Below, piece after piece: positions 55,063 through 64,000 of a DNA stretch of 64,000 nt; positions within the stretch are counted from its first letter, which is position 1; the number at the start of each line of letters is the position of its first letter. The stretch is from Thermoanaerobaculia bacterium (GTDB lineage Bacteria; Acidobacteriota; Thermoanaerobaculia; UBA5066). A program made the translations under genes and the position numbers. The notes below the pieces were generated by a model that was not told where the DNA came from, made no database searches, and worked only from the letters and a program-made list of their open reading frames with translations. The DNA is taken from positions 1 to 64,000 of the forward strand of contig JBBRRY010000011.1 in NCBI GenBank assembly GCA_038245905.1, written 5' to 3'.

Positions 55063-58018
55063 GATGGAATCGGCGAGGGGCAAGCGTGCGGCGGCGGCCA
55101 TCGGGCGTCTCGAGCTCCACGACGAGAGTGTGATCACCCATCGATAGTCTGCTGACGTCCAGATCGACCGCGAAGCCGGTTTCCTTCGGCACGACGACGT
55201 ATGGCAGCGCCGATACGACGTCCGGTCGATCCGGACGGTTCAAGCGGACCGGATTCGCATCAAGCCCGTCGATGGCAAAGCGGACGGGATCGATCCGTCC
55301 TCCTCCCCGCTCGCGGCACCAGCCGACGGCCGTGAGCACGTTTCCGCGGATCGAGCTCCCCTCGGCTGGCACCTCGAGATAGCCCGGAAGCTCTCCGGAT
55401 CCTCTCCGTGCAGTGGGTCTCGACGTATCGAGGGTGATCTCGAGCGCCGCGATCCGAGTCGCCCCGCTCTGGCCCGGTTCGGCCGGCGCGATTGAAATGC
55501 GGTTACGCCCGGCCCGCCAGATGGAGTCTTCGATCCGGAACCGCAGCGGGCCTGCCTCGCGGGCAATCTCTCCTGCTGGATGGCCGTTCACGCTGACGCG
55601 CAGATTCCGACGGGGCGATTCAAGAGCCTCCTCTTCGAGGGTCAACGACGTCGCCGGCGCGTCGAGGGGCGGGACGATGAGGTCAGCGCCGTCCAGCGGC
55701 ACCAGGAGGGCGGCCCGGCCGTCGCCATCGCGTTTTTCCCGCCGCGAAGAGTTCAGAAGGAAGTACTCCGACTCCGGACGGTCAAAAGACACCCTCAGTG
55801 TGTCCTCTCGCGTCGAATCTTCGCGGACCGCAAAGACTTCCATCCTCGAATCGCCGAACACGCGAGGGAAACCCTCGGGCTCGATCGCGATCCAGTCCCT
55901 TTCCGGCAGCTCGTCTCCCGTCCTCTCCACCGCAACGAATGCGACCGCGAGCAGTCGGAGGTTTTCACGCCACTCCTTGCGGTCGACACGGTGCCGCGGG
56001 AACTCCAGCGATCCTTTCCACGAAAAGAAAGATGCCCCGAGCGGCGGCGACAGCCCTCGCTCTCCAGGACCCAAATACGTGGGAACGTAGAGCACCCTGT
56101 TCTGGAGCTGTCGTCCGAAGAAGAGGAATGGCTGATTTCCGCCGCAGAAGGCAATCGTCGTTCCGGGGGACGCCGTGCGATCGAGAAACGACGCTGCGGG
56201 ATTTGTCTCCAGCTTTCGCGATAGATAGCGCTCGAAGAGCCGTCCCGTTCCGACCGAGCCGAGTGCGAGAAATACTGCCCCCGCGGCCAAGCTACCTCGC
56301 GCCAAAGTGAGCTTTCGTCGCGGAACCTGCCGCCAAAAGGCGTACCCCATAACGATCACGGCGCTCACCGCGCCGACCGCCAGCACACGACCCAGACCGC
56401 CCTTTGTGCGCTGCGAAGCGACCAGGGTAGCCAGAACGACGAGAGCGACCGTCAGCCTGCCGAATCGGGCAGCCCCTGGGGGCAGTCGTTCGAGAAGCCA
56501 CGCGACAGCCAGCCCCGTTAGGGCAAGGCCGCCGAAGACGTATCGGATATCCCGGTGATCGGCCATCAATCGAACAAACGTCAGATAGAAGATGGCAGGA
56601 AGAGAAAGCAGGATGATCTCTCCCGCCTCGACCCTTGATGTTCCCTGTGCTCGAGTCGGTCGCAGCCTCGACACGGTCCAGGAGAGGAACGCCATGGCAG
56701 GAGCGAGCACCGCGCCGGGCAGGAGGATCCAACGGAACAACGGCCCGAGAAGGTCGATGCGGTCCCAGAGGAAACGGAGCGGTTCCAAACCCGATCGTCC
56801 TCGGATGGCGAGACCCGCGATCGTGTCATCCGCCCATCCTTGAAAAATGCGATGGCCTCCGATGCTGAGGGTCGCCGGGAAGAGAGGATTCCCGGATCCG
56901 ACCGCATTCCGCAGATACGTGTAGCCGCCGACGCCGAACATCGTCGCGACTCCGACAAGGAAACCGAGACTGACCGGCCACACCGCAGCGCGACGGTCCT
57001 CCGGCGGTGAGCTCCATAGCCCGGAAGCCAAGCACGCGCCGGCGAGGAGGAGGAGCGGAGGGAGGAACATCGCTCCTGTGTACTTGGTTCCAATCATGAG
57101 GCCGAGCGCGGCGCCGAGGAAAACCGCGCGCCCGACAGTCGGGCCGCGTCGCAAGAGCAGGGCGGCGCACGCGCTCGCCAATGTGCAGAAGGCCAGAGCG
57201 TGATCGTTGCCGGCTCCGAGCATCCCCGATGGGAAGACGCGCGGGCTGGCCGCATAGAGAAGAACCGCAACGGCAGCCGCCCCCGTGCGGAGCGAGAGGA
57301 GGCGCGCAAGGGAGGCAAGCGCGACGAGGGCGCCGAGCGCGAACGGCGCCTCGCTCCAGCGGGCCAGAAAGTCGATGCCGTCGAGCGGAAGCAGGAGAAG
57401 GAGGGAGAAGAGCTCCCCACCGATCGGATAGAAGGCGGTGCTGCCGTCACCGACAGGGAATTTGATACTGCGGAGGTCGTGCCATTGAAACCATGTCGCG
57501 ACCGCGGACAGATGGTAGGAGGTGTCGTCGTAGCCGTGGGCGCCGGGGGGCGCGTTCCGCTCGGAGATCACGGCCACAAGGAGGGCGACCCAGAAGAAAG
57601 CCAGGGTGCCGAGAATCGCCCATCGTTCCAACCGATCGATCTCTGGGGTGGTTCGCTTGCGAGGCACCGCCGTAGCCGACCGGAAAGGAGCGGCTACCAA
57701 CAGAGCGAGCGCCACGACAATCAGCACGACGCGCGACGTCAAGAGCCCGAAGTGGCCCAGCGTGGTTGCGATGAGCATCCAGCTTGCGACCAGGACCACG
57801 AGAGCCGCCGTCAGGGTCGTTGCGCGATCCTCGTCGGGAACGAGGAACCTGCCGAGACGAAGGGAGAGCCTGCTGATTCCGAGAAAGAACACGGCCGCCA
57901 GCGCGACCTTCGCGGCCAACGGAAAGAGAGACACTTCGAGAGCACCGAGCACAAGCAGGCCGGCCGACGCCACATCGAGTAACGAGGATCGAGCCTGGGG
58001 CGTTCTCAAGGTCAACAA
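55052..58018 (-). CDS. Large GT-C-type membrane glycosyltransferase with periplasmic domains and C-terminal Ig-like GW-RPDV domain
   Basis: GYDDTSYHL, FYP, GND, GTK, RNAVGSGNPLFP; many TMs; C-terminal GYLEVP..GWCRERGGGR..RPDV. Confidence 0.7.
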   Translation of the reverse strand: MLTLRTPQARSSLLDVASAGLLVLGALEVSLFPLAAKVALAAVFFLGISRLSLRLGRFLVPDEDRATTLTAALVVLVASWMLIATTLGHFGLLTSRVVLIVVALALLVAAPFRSATAVPRKRTTPEIDRLERWAILGTLAFFWVALLVAVISERNAPPGAHGYDDTSYHLSAVATWFQWHDLRSIKFPVGDGSTAFYPIGGELFSLLLLLPLDGIDFLARWSEAPFALGALVALASLARLLSLRTGAAAVAVLLYAASPRVFPSGMLGAGNDHALAFCTLASACAALLLRRGPTVGRAVFLGAALGLMIGTKYTGAMFLPPLLLLAGACLASGLWSSPPEDRRAAVWPVSLGFLVGVATMFGVGGYTYLRNAVGSGNPLFPATLSIGGHRIFQGWADDTIAGLAIRGRSGLEPLRFLWDRIDLLGPLFRWILLPGAVLAPAMAFLSWTVSRLRPTRAQGTSRVEAGEIILLSLPAIFYLTFVRLMADHRDIRYVFGGLALTGLAVAWLLERLPPGAARFGRLTVALVVLATLVASQRTKGGLGRVLAVGAVSAVIVMGYAFWRQVPRRKLTLARGSLAAGAVFLALGSVGTGRLFERYLSRKLETNPAASFLDRTASPGTTIAFCGGNQPFLFFGRQLQNRVLYVPTYLGPGERGLSPPLGASFFSWKGSLEFPRHRVDRKEWRENLRLLAVAFVAVERTGDELPERDWIAIEPEGFPRVFGDSRMEVFAVREDSTREDTLRVSFDRPESEYFLLNSSRREKRDGDGRAALLVPLDGADLIVPPLDAPATSLTLEEEALESPRRNLRVSVNGHPAGEIAREAGPLRFRIEDSIWRAGRNRISIAPAEPGQSGATRIAALEITLDTSRPTARRGSGELPGYLEVPAEGSSIRGNVLTAVGWCRERGGGRIDPVRFAIDGLDANPVRLNRPDRPDVVSALPYVVVPKETGFAVDLDVSRLSMGDHTLVVELETPDGRRRTLAPRRFHLMK

Positions 58019-58115
58019 AAACTATAGAGCCTCAGCGGGAACGACGGCTCGTTTCGGAAAACCAATGTCAGGGCGGCCTTCGGGCGCCGGCGGATCAGCG
58101 GGCCGATCGCGCCCC

Positions 58116-59633
58116 TCAGACCACCGCGGCCAGCTCGTAGAGGTAGTCGACGAACGAGCGCGCGGCGCCGTCGTAGCCCGACACCCTCGGATTCGTCGAC
58201 TCGATCACGAAGTACTCGTCGGGCGCGTGCGCGCCGCTGCCGTGGCCGAGGCCGTGGTGGCCCGAGGCTAGCTTGAGCGGTTCGCCCGTGAAGACGTAGC
58301 CGGGGTACGAGCCAGCGTTCCGGACCCAGAGGAACGGATCGAGACCCGCCTTCTTGTAGACGGACATCTGCGCGCGGATGAGCGGCGCGTCGGGGGACGT
58401 CTCCGTCGGGCCGTAGCCGCCCGAGACGTTGACCTCGATGTCGCCGAAGCCGCGCTTTTGGAGATGCGCCTTGAGCGCCGCGATCGCGCCGTCGAACGTC
58501 ATGTCGGGCACGAGGCGCAGGTCGAGCTTCGCGACGGCCTTGTTCGGGAGCATCGTCTTGCCGCCCGGGCCCATGTAGCCGCCGACGAGGCCCTCGATGT
58601 TCACGGTCGGTGAGAAGGTGAGCCGCTCGAGCGACGCGCGCCACGAGTCGTCGTGCACCCAGCGCGTTGCGCCGAGCATCCTCTTCGCCGTCGCTTCATC
58701 GAGCCGCTTCGCAGCGGCGTCGAGGATCGCGGTCTGTGCTGCGTTCGGCGGCTTGGCGGCCGCCGCGAAGCCGTCGATCGCCGGGTCGCCGTCCGCGGTC
58801 ACGAGAGTCGCGAGCGCCTGCACGAGATGGAACGCCGGGCTGTCGAGCCGCGCGCGGTTCGCGGAGTGGACGTCCTTCGAAGGGCCGCGGCCCCACTTCG
58901 CACCGCTCGAGACAAGCTCGCACTCGACGACGCCTTTGGCGCCGAGAGAGACCGTGACGGAGCCGTCGGGGTCCTGGCCGGCGCCCGGCATGAAGACGCC
59001 CATCGTCTTGCCGAGAGCCGCAAGCACTTCCGGCTTGCGGACGATCTCTGGAATGTGCGGCGAGCCGATTTCCTCCTCACCCTCGGCGACGAGGACGAGG
59101 TTGACGGGGAGCTTCACGCCCGCGCCCTTGAAGGCGTGGAGAGCGGCGAGAAAAGCGGACTCGGGGCCCTTCTGGTTCACGGCGCCGCGTCCGACGAGGA
59201 CCCTGCCGAAGCCGGCCTTGTCGACGATCGACGCGTCGAAGGGCTTCCCGGTCGTCCACTCTGCGGGGTCCGCCTGTTTGACGTCGTACATGAAGTAGAG
59301 GCCGACGGTCCGGGGAGCACCCGCGTCGAGCGTCGCGAAGACGCCCGGGACGCCGGACGTCGGCATCCGGACGGCGGTCTGGAAGCCGGCGTCCTTCGCG
59401 AGCGCGATCATCTGCTGGCAGCCCGTTTCCATCCCACGGTTCTCGGCCGCGATGGAGGGATTCCGCACCCAGTCCTGAAGCCGCGCCACAGCTTCGCCGT
59501 GGCGCTTCTCGATTTCGGCGTAGATCTTTGCGCGGTCGTCGGCGGCGAAGGCGAAGCGGGGGAGGGAAGAAGCTGCTGTCACCGCTGCCGTGGCGGCGGC
59601 CGCACCGAGGAGGTCTCTTCTGTTCATTGGCAT
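58116..59633 (-). CDS. Tat-exported M20/M25/M40-family peptidase
   Basis: Twin-arginine signal MNRRDLLG; MYDVKQ, GRGAVNQKG, EGEEEIGS, AHAPDEY. Confidence 0.87.
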   Translation of the reverse strand: MPMNRRDLLGAAAATAAVTAASSLPRFAFAADDRAKIYAEIEKRHGEAVARLQDWVRNPSIAAENRGMETGCQQMIALAKDAGFQTAVRMPTSGVPGVFATLDAGAPRTVGLYFMYDVKQADPAEWTTGKPFDASIVDKAGFGRVLVGRGAVNQKGPESAFLAALHAFKGAGVKLPVNLVLVAEGEEEIGSPHIPEIVRKPEVLAALGKTMGVFMPGAGQDPDGSVTVSLGAKGVVECELVSSGAKWGRGPSKDVHSANRARLDSPAFHLVQALATLVTADGDPAIDGFAAAAKPPNAAQTAILDAAAKRLDEATAKRMLGATRWVHDDSWRASLERLTFSPTVNIEGLVGGYMGPGGKTMLPNKAVAKLDLRLVPDMTFDGAIAALKAHLQKRGFGDIEVNVSGGYGPTETSPDAPLIRAQMSVYKKAGLDPFLWVRNAGSYPGYVFTGEPLKLASGHHGLGHGSGAHAPDEYFVIESTNPRVSGYDGAARSFVDYLYELAAVV

Positions 59634-59670
59634 GGGGCGGAGTCTACCGCCGGGTCTATGCTCTCCCACG

Positions 59671-62600
59671 ATGTCTTCCGGTCGAGGTGATCCGGTGAAG
59701 CCGGGAGGTCCCGGTGACTCCGCGAGCGGCGGATCCGATCTCTCTCGCGACCTGACGGCCGCGACGCCGCCCGGAAGCGGACCCCGCCTTCCCGCGCCCT
59801 CGATCAGCGGGACGACGCTTGGCCACTTCGAGGTGCTCGAGCGGATCGGCGCGGGTGGCTTCGGAGAGGTCTATCGGGCGCGGGACGTTCGCGTCGACCG
59901 GCTGGTTGCGCTGAAAGTATTGCCGGAAGATTTCTTAGAAGGTGAAGAGAGGAGGGTGCGCTTCCAGCGCGAGGCGAAGCTGCTCGCGAGCCTGAACCAC
60001 TCCGGGATCGCCACTCTCTATTCATTCGAAGAAATCCCTGGTTCCCTCTCCTCTTCCTCTTCCTCGGCCTCCTCGGCCACGCGCCACGTCCTCGTCATGG
60101 AGCTCGTCGACGGCAGAACGCTCCACGCCGCGCTCGCGAGGGGGCCGTTCTCCGCCGCGGAGGCGCTGACTGTCGCGATCCAGATCGCCGACGCGCTCGC
60201 CGAGGCGCACCGCGCCGGCATTCTTCACCGCGACGTCAAGAGCGGCAACATCATGCTGACGTCCCGCGGGCAGGTGAAAGTGCTCGACTTCGGCCTCGCG
60301 AAGCGCCTGGAGGGCGGGCCCGCGTCCGGCGCTGCCGGGCCCGAGCTGACACGCGAGGGCACGACGCTTGGGACTCTCTCCTACATGTCGCCCGAGCAGC
60401 TCCTCGGCAAGGCCGTCGACGTGCGCAGCGACCTCTTCTCGTTCGGCGTCGTCCTTTACGAGATGCTCACGGGGCGCCTGCCGTTTCAGGGAAGCACGAC
60501 GGTTGCCGTCGCGGACTCGATCCTGCACGCGGAGCCCAAAGACTTCGGTGAGCAGCCCGTCCCGGAAGGGCTGAAGCGGATCGTCAAGAAGCTCCTCGAA
60601 AAAGACCCAGCCCGCCGCTTCGCGAGCGCGGAGGAAGTCCTCGAAGCCTTGCGAGCCCAGCAGGCGGCGATGGCCCCGGCGCGGGCCAGGAGACTCTCGC
60701 GGAATTCCCGCATCCTTCTTGTCGCCGCCGCCGTCGTCGTCGCGCTCGGGGCGTGGGCGTGGTCGCGCGAGGCCCGCACACGGCGAGCGCGCGAAGCGGT
60801 GCCGGAGATCGCGCGGCTCCTGGCCGAGGACGAGTACGCGAAGGCGACGGCGCTCTGCCGCGAGGCCCGGGCCGTACTGCCGGGCGACCCCGCGCTCGAA
60901 AAACTCTGGCTGCAGGCGACGCTCGAGTTCTCCGTCGAGAGCATGCCGCCCGGAGCCGACGTGTCGTATCGGCCCTACCGCGGAGACGCGAACGTCTGGC
61001 AAAGCCTCGGGAAGGCGCCGTTGAACAAGGTCCGCGTGCCGAAGGACCGCTACGTCTGGCGCGTCGAGAAGGCGGGCTACCGTCCCCGTTACCAGATTCT
61101 GCCGACGTGGATCTTCACGGGCGGCAACTTGACGTTCCGGCTCGACGAGGAGGGGAGCACACCCGCGGAAATGGTCCGCGTGACCGGAGGAAAGGTCGAC
61201 CTCTCGATTCCCGGGCTCGACCAGCTGCCGCAGGTCGAGCTGGAGGACTACCTGATCGACCGGGACGAGGTCACGAACGAGGAGTTCCGGAAGTTCGTCG
61301 ATGCGGGCGGGTATCAAAAACGCGATTTCTGGAAGCAGCCGTTCGTGCGCGACGGGCGGACGGTTCCGTGGGACGAGGCGATGGCGCCCTTCCGCGACTC
61401 GACCGGGCGCCCCGGCCCGGCGACGTGGGAGCTCGGGAGCTTCCCGAAGGGCCGGGCGAAGTACCCCGTTGCGGCCGTGAGCTGGTACGAGGCGGCGGCC
61501 TACGCGGAGTTCGCGGGAAAGAGCCTGCCGAGCGTCCACCACTGGAACCGGGCCGCACAGACGCGCGCGAGCATGCTCATCGTGCCGGGGAGCAATTTCC
61601 GCGGAGACGGGACGGTGCCTGTGGGCGGCCCCGGCGCCATCAGCGGTTTCGGAACCTCGGACATGGCGGGCAACGTCAAGGAGTGGTGTTGGAACGAGAC
61701 GTCGAAGGACCGGAGGTTCATCCTCGGCGGAGGCTTCGGCGAGCCGACGTACATGTTCATCGACCAGGATGCGCAGTCGCCCTGGGACCGCCGGCCGAAC
61801 TACGGGTTCCGCTGCGTGAAGCTCTCCGGGCCGCCGCCCCTTGCCGCTCTCGCGCGCATCGAGCCCGAATTCCGGGATTACGCGAAAGAGAAGCCCGTGC
61901 CGGACGAGGTGTTCCGCGCCTACAAGGGCCTCTACGCCTACGACAAGGGAAACCTGGACGCGCGGGTCGAGGAGACGGAGGTGACCGAGGACTGGGCGCG
62001 TGAGAAGGTCAGCTTCAATGCCGCGTACGGCGGCGAGCGCGTCGTCGCCTACCTCTATTTGCCAAAGAACGCGTCCCCGCCGTTCCAGACGGTCGTCTAC
62101 TTTCCCGGCTCCAACGCCATCCACGCGGATAAGTTCACGCTGTCGGTCTACGCGGACTTCATCCCGAAGAGCGGTCGGGCGCTGATCGCTCCGATCTACA
62201 AGAGCACGTACGAGAGGCGGGACGAGCTGAAGTCCGACTACCCGGAGCCGACGGCGTTCTGGCGCGACCACAATGTCTTTTGGTCCAAGGACGTGGGCCG
62301 GTCGATCGACTACCTCGAGACGCGGAAGGACGTGGACCGATCGAAGCTGGCGTACCTCGGCCTGAGCTGGGGAAGCGCCGTCGCTCCGATCGTCCTCGCC
62401 GTCGAAGACCGTTTCCGGACGGCCGTCCTCGAGTCGGGAGGGCTCGAGTTCCAGAAGACCCTGCCCGAGGCCGACCAGATCAACTTCGTGAGCCGCGTGA
62501 AGATCCCCGTCCTCATGCTGAACGGCCGGTACGACCACTTCTTTCCCGTCGAGTCGTCCCAGCTTCCGTTCTTCCACCTGCTCGGGACGCCGGAGAAGGA

Positions 62601-62706
62601 CAAGAAGCACGTCATCTACGAGTCGGGCCACGCCCCGCCGCGCAAGGAGTTCATTCGCGAGACGCTCGACTGGCTGGACAAGTACCTCGGGCCCGTGAAG
62701 CGGTAG
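59671..62706 (+). CDS. Ser/Thr kinase fused to FGE-sulfatase (SUMF1-like) and alpha/beta-hydrolase domains
   Basis: GAGGFGEVY, HRDVK, DFG; TM; EVTNEEF, VSWYEAAAY, DMAGNVKEW, GFRC; GLSWG, NGRYD, SGH. Confidence 0.88.
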   Translation: MSSGRGDPVKPGGPGDSASGGSDLSRDLTAATPPGSGPRLPAPSISGTTLGHFEVLERIGAGGFGEVYRARDVRVDRLVALKVLPEDFLEGEERRVRFQREAKLLASLNHSGIATLYSFEEIPGSLSSSSSSASSATRHVLVMELVDGRTLHAALARGPFSAAEALTVAIQIADALAEAHRAGILHRDVKSGNIMLTSRGQVKVLDFGLAKRLEGGPASGAAGPELTREGTTLGTLSYMSPEQLLGKAVDVRSDLFSFGVVLYEMLTGRLPFQGSTTVAVADSILHAEPKDFGEQPVPEGLKRIVKKLLEKDPARRFASAEEVLEALRAQQAAMAPARARRLSRNSRILLVAAAVVVALGAWAWSREARTRRAREAVPEIARLLAEDEYAKATALCREARAVLPGDPALEKLWLQATLEFSVESMPPGADVSYRPYRGDANVWQSLGKAPLNKVRVPKDRYVWRVEKAGYRPRYQILPTWIFTGGNLTFRLDEEGSTPAEMVRVTGGKVDLSIPGLDQLPQVELEDYLIDRDEVTNEEFRKFVDAGGYQKRDFWKQPFVRDGRTVPWDEAMAPFRDSTGRPGPATWELGSFPKGRAKYPVAAVSWYEAAAYAEFAGKSLPSVHHWNRAAQTRASMLIVPGSNFRGDGTVPVGGPGAISGFGTSDMAGNVKEWCWNETSKDRRFILGGGFGEPTYMFIDQDAQSPWDRRPNYGFRCVKLSGPPPLAALARIEPEFRDYAKEKPVPDEVFRAYKGLYAYDKGNLDARVEETEVTEDWAREKVSFNAAYGGERVVAYLYLPKNASPPFQTVVYFPGSNAIHADKFTLSVYADFIPKSGRALIAPIYKSTYERRDELKSDYPEPTAFWRDHNVFWSKDVGRSIDYLETRKDVDRSKLAYLGLSWGSAVAPIVLAVEDRFRTAVLESGGLEFQKTLPEADQINFVSRVKIPVLMLNGRYDHFFPVESSQLPFFHLLGTPEKDKKHVIYESGHAPPRKEFIRETLDWLDKYLGPVKR

Positions 62707-62715
62707 GCCGCGGCG

Positions 62716-64000
62716 TCAGCCGCGGCTGCGCATCAGGTTGAACTTCGCGAGCTCCGCGTACGTGAGCGTCGAGTCGAGGTCCTCTCGCGCGATCCGGAGA
62801 TTCTGGACGAGCCCCTCGAGGACGAGCTCCATGAGGAACGCGCGCTCGTAGTGGTCGCGCGGCTTCGCGTGCTTGAGGACGAAGTCCGAAAGGCCCTTCA
62901 CCGACTCCAGGGTCTTGAGGTGCTCTGAGAACGAGGTGCTGTCAGACAGGACGATCTTCCGGTCGCCCGTGAAGGCCGAGACGATGTCGTCGTAGGGGCC
63001 GGGCGCCGGCCCGGCCGCGGCGGACGCCGTGCGCCGGCCCTCCGCGCGCTCGAGCGTGGTCGGACCGCTCGCGTCGTCCTCGTCCAGCTCGCCGCTCCGG
63101 GGCCGTCGCCGGCTCTCGGCGCGCGTGCGCGGGCCCTCGACGGGCGGGAACCTCGACTCGAATAGGGATTTCACGGCGTCTCCGATGAGCTTCTTCGCGA
63201 CGATCTCGGCGCCCTGCTGCTCGCCCTCGAACACCATCTCGACCTTGCCCGTGATCGCGGGCAGCGCCGCGAAGAGGTCCACGAGGCGCGGCGCGACGAC
63301 GGACTCGCCCGTCGTCAGCGCGCGCCTCTCGAGATTCGACACGAGGAGCTCGCGCGCCGCGATCGAGAGGCGCGCGGAGACGCCCGAGGACTGGTCCACG
63401 AGCTCGCTCTTCCGCGCCACGAAGGCGATCTCCTCGATGAGGAGCTTCACCTCGTCGCCGAGGAGCACCGTCAGTCCCGCCGCCTCGCGGTCGGTCCAGG
63501 CTTCCTGGTCCGTGATGGCCGAGGCCGTCTTCGCGTCGACGGGATAGTGCGTGAGGATCTGCGACGCGATGCGGTCCTTCAGCGGCGTGATGATGTTGCC
63601 GCGGTTCGTGTAGTCCTCCGGGTTCGCCGAGAAGACCATCAGGATGTCGAGAGGGATCCGCAGCGGGAAGCCGCGGAACTGGAGGTCGCGCTCCTCGAGG
63701 ATGTTCAGGAGGCCGACCTGGATGCGCGGCTGCAGGTCCGGCAGCTCGTTGATCGCGAAGATCCCGCGGTTCGTGCGCGGGATGATCCCGTAGTGGATGA
63801 CGTCCTCGTCCGCGAACGTCTTCCGGAGCGTGGCGGCCTTCACGGGATCGACGTCGCCGATGAGGTCGGCGATCGTGACGTCCGGCGTCGCGAGCTTCTC
63901 GCGGTAACGCGCCGCGCGCGGCAGCCAGGCGACGGGGAGGTCGTTTCCGGTGCTCGCGGCCATGCGGCGGCCGTACGCGGAGAAGGGCGCGAACGGCGAT
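62716..64000 (-). CDS. Mg-chelatase-like AAA+ ATPase (5' end outside the window)
   Basis: YREKLATPD, IADLIGDVDP, NRGIFAINELPDL, SANPEDYTNRG, LKDR, GVSAR. Confidence 0.87.
   Translation of the reverse strand, partial: SPFAPFSAYGRRMAASTGNDLPVAWLPRAARYREKLATPDVTIADLIGDVDPVKAATLRKTFADEDVIHYGIIPRTNRGIFAINELPDLQPRIQVGLLNILEERDLQFRGFPLRIPLDILMVFSANPEDYTNRGNIITPLKDRIASQILTHYPVDAKTASAITDQEAWTDREAAGLTVLLGDEVKLLIEEIAFVARKSELVDQSSGVSARLSIAARELLVSNLERRALTTGESVVAPRLVDLFAALPAITGKVEMVFEGEQQGAEIVAKKLIGDAVKSLFESRFPPVEGPRTRAESRRRPRSGELDEDDASGPTTLERAEGRRTASAAAGPAPGPYDDIVSAFTGDRKIVLSDSTSFSEHLKTLESVKGLSDFVLKHAKPRDHYERAFLMELVLEGLVQNLRIAREDLDSTLTYAELAKFNLMRSRG

Overview
High-GC bacterial window with tightly packed genes. 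Gene content (three Hanks kinases, split GcvPA/GcvPB, an EF-P with a PGNLRG loop, FadL and Pal-type outer-membrane proteins) suggests a diderm, probably Acidobacteriota (inference). Housekeeping blocks: selD carrying an in-frame UGA (Sec) and a SECIS-like hairpin that the ORF track missed, gcvT-H-PA-PB, efp, a UvrD/PcrA helicase, and phoH-ybeY-corC-era. The most notable candidate system is a ~14 kb locus (44.0-58.0 kb). It encodes five divergent GT-C-type membrane glycosyltransferases that all end in the same ~100-aa Ig-like 'GW...RxDV' domain, plus a methyltransferase with DUF4214-like repeats and a small partner gene. Other candidates: a split bacterial PIG-G/PIG-O-like phosphotransferase, a FakA-FakB fusion next to FadL and an SGNH lipase, a LeuD-LeuC-order aconitase-family fusion, several apparent non-AUG starts (CTG, ATC), many leaderless or divergent -10 promoters, and four deletion-scarred gene remnants. 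No rRNA, tRNA, CRISPR array or IS element was recognised. All family assignments come from motif recognition by eye; no database searches were run.
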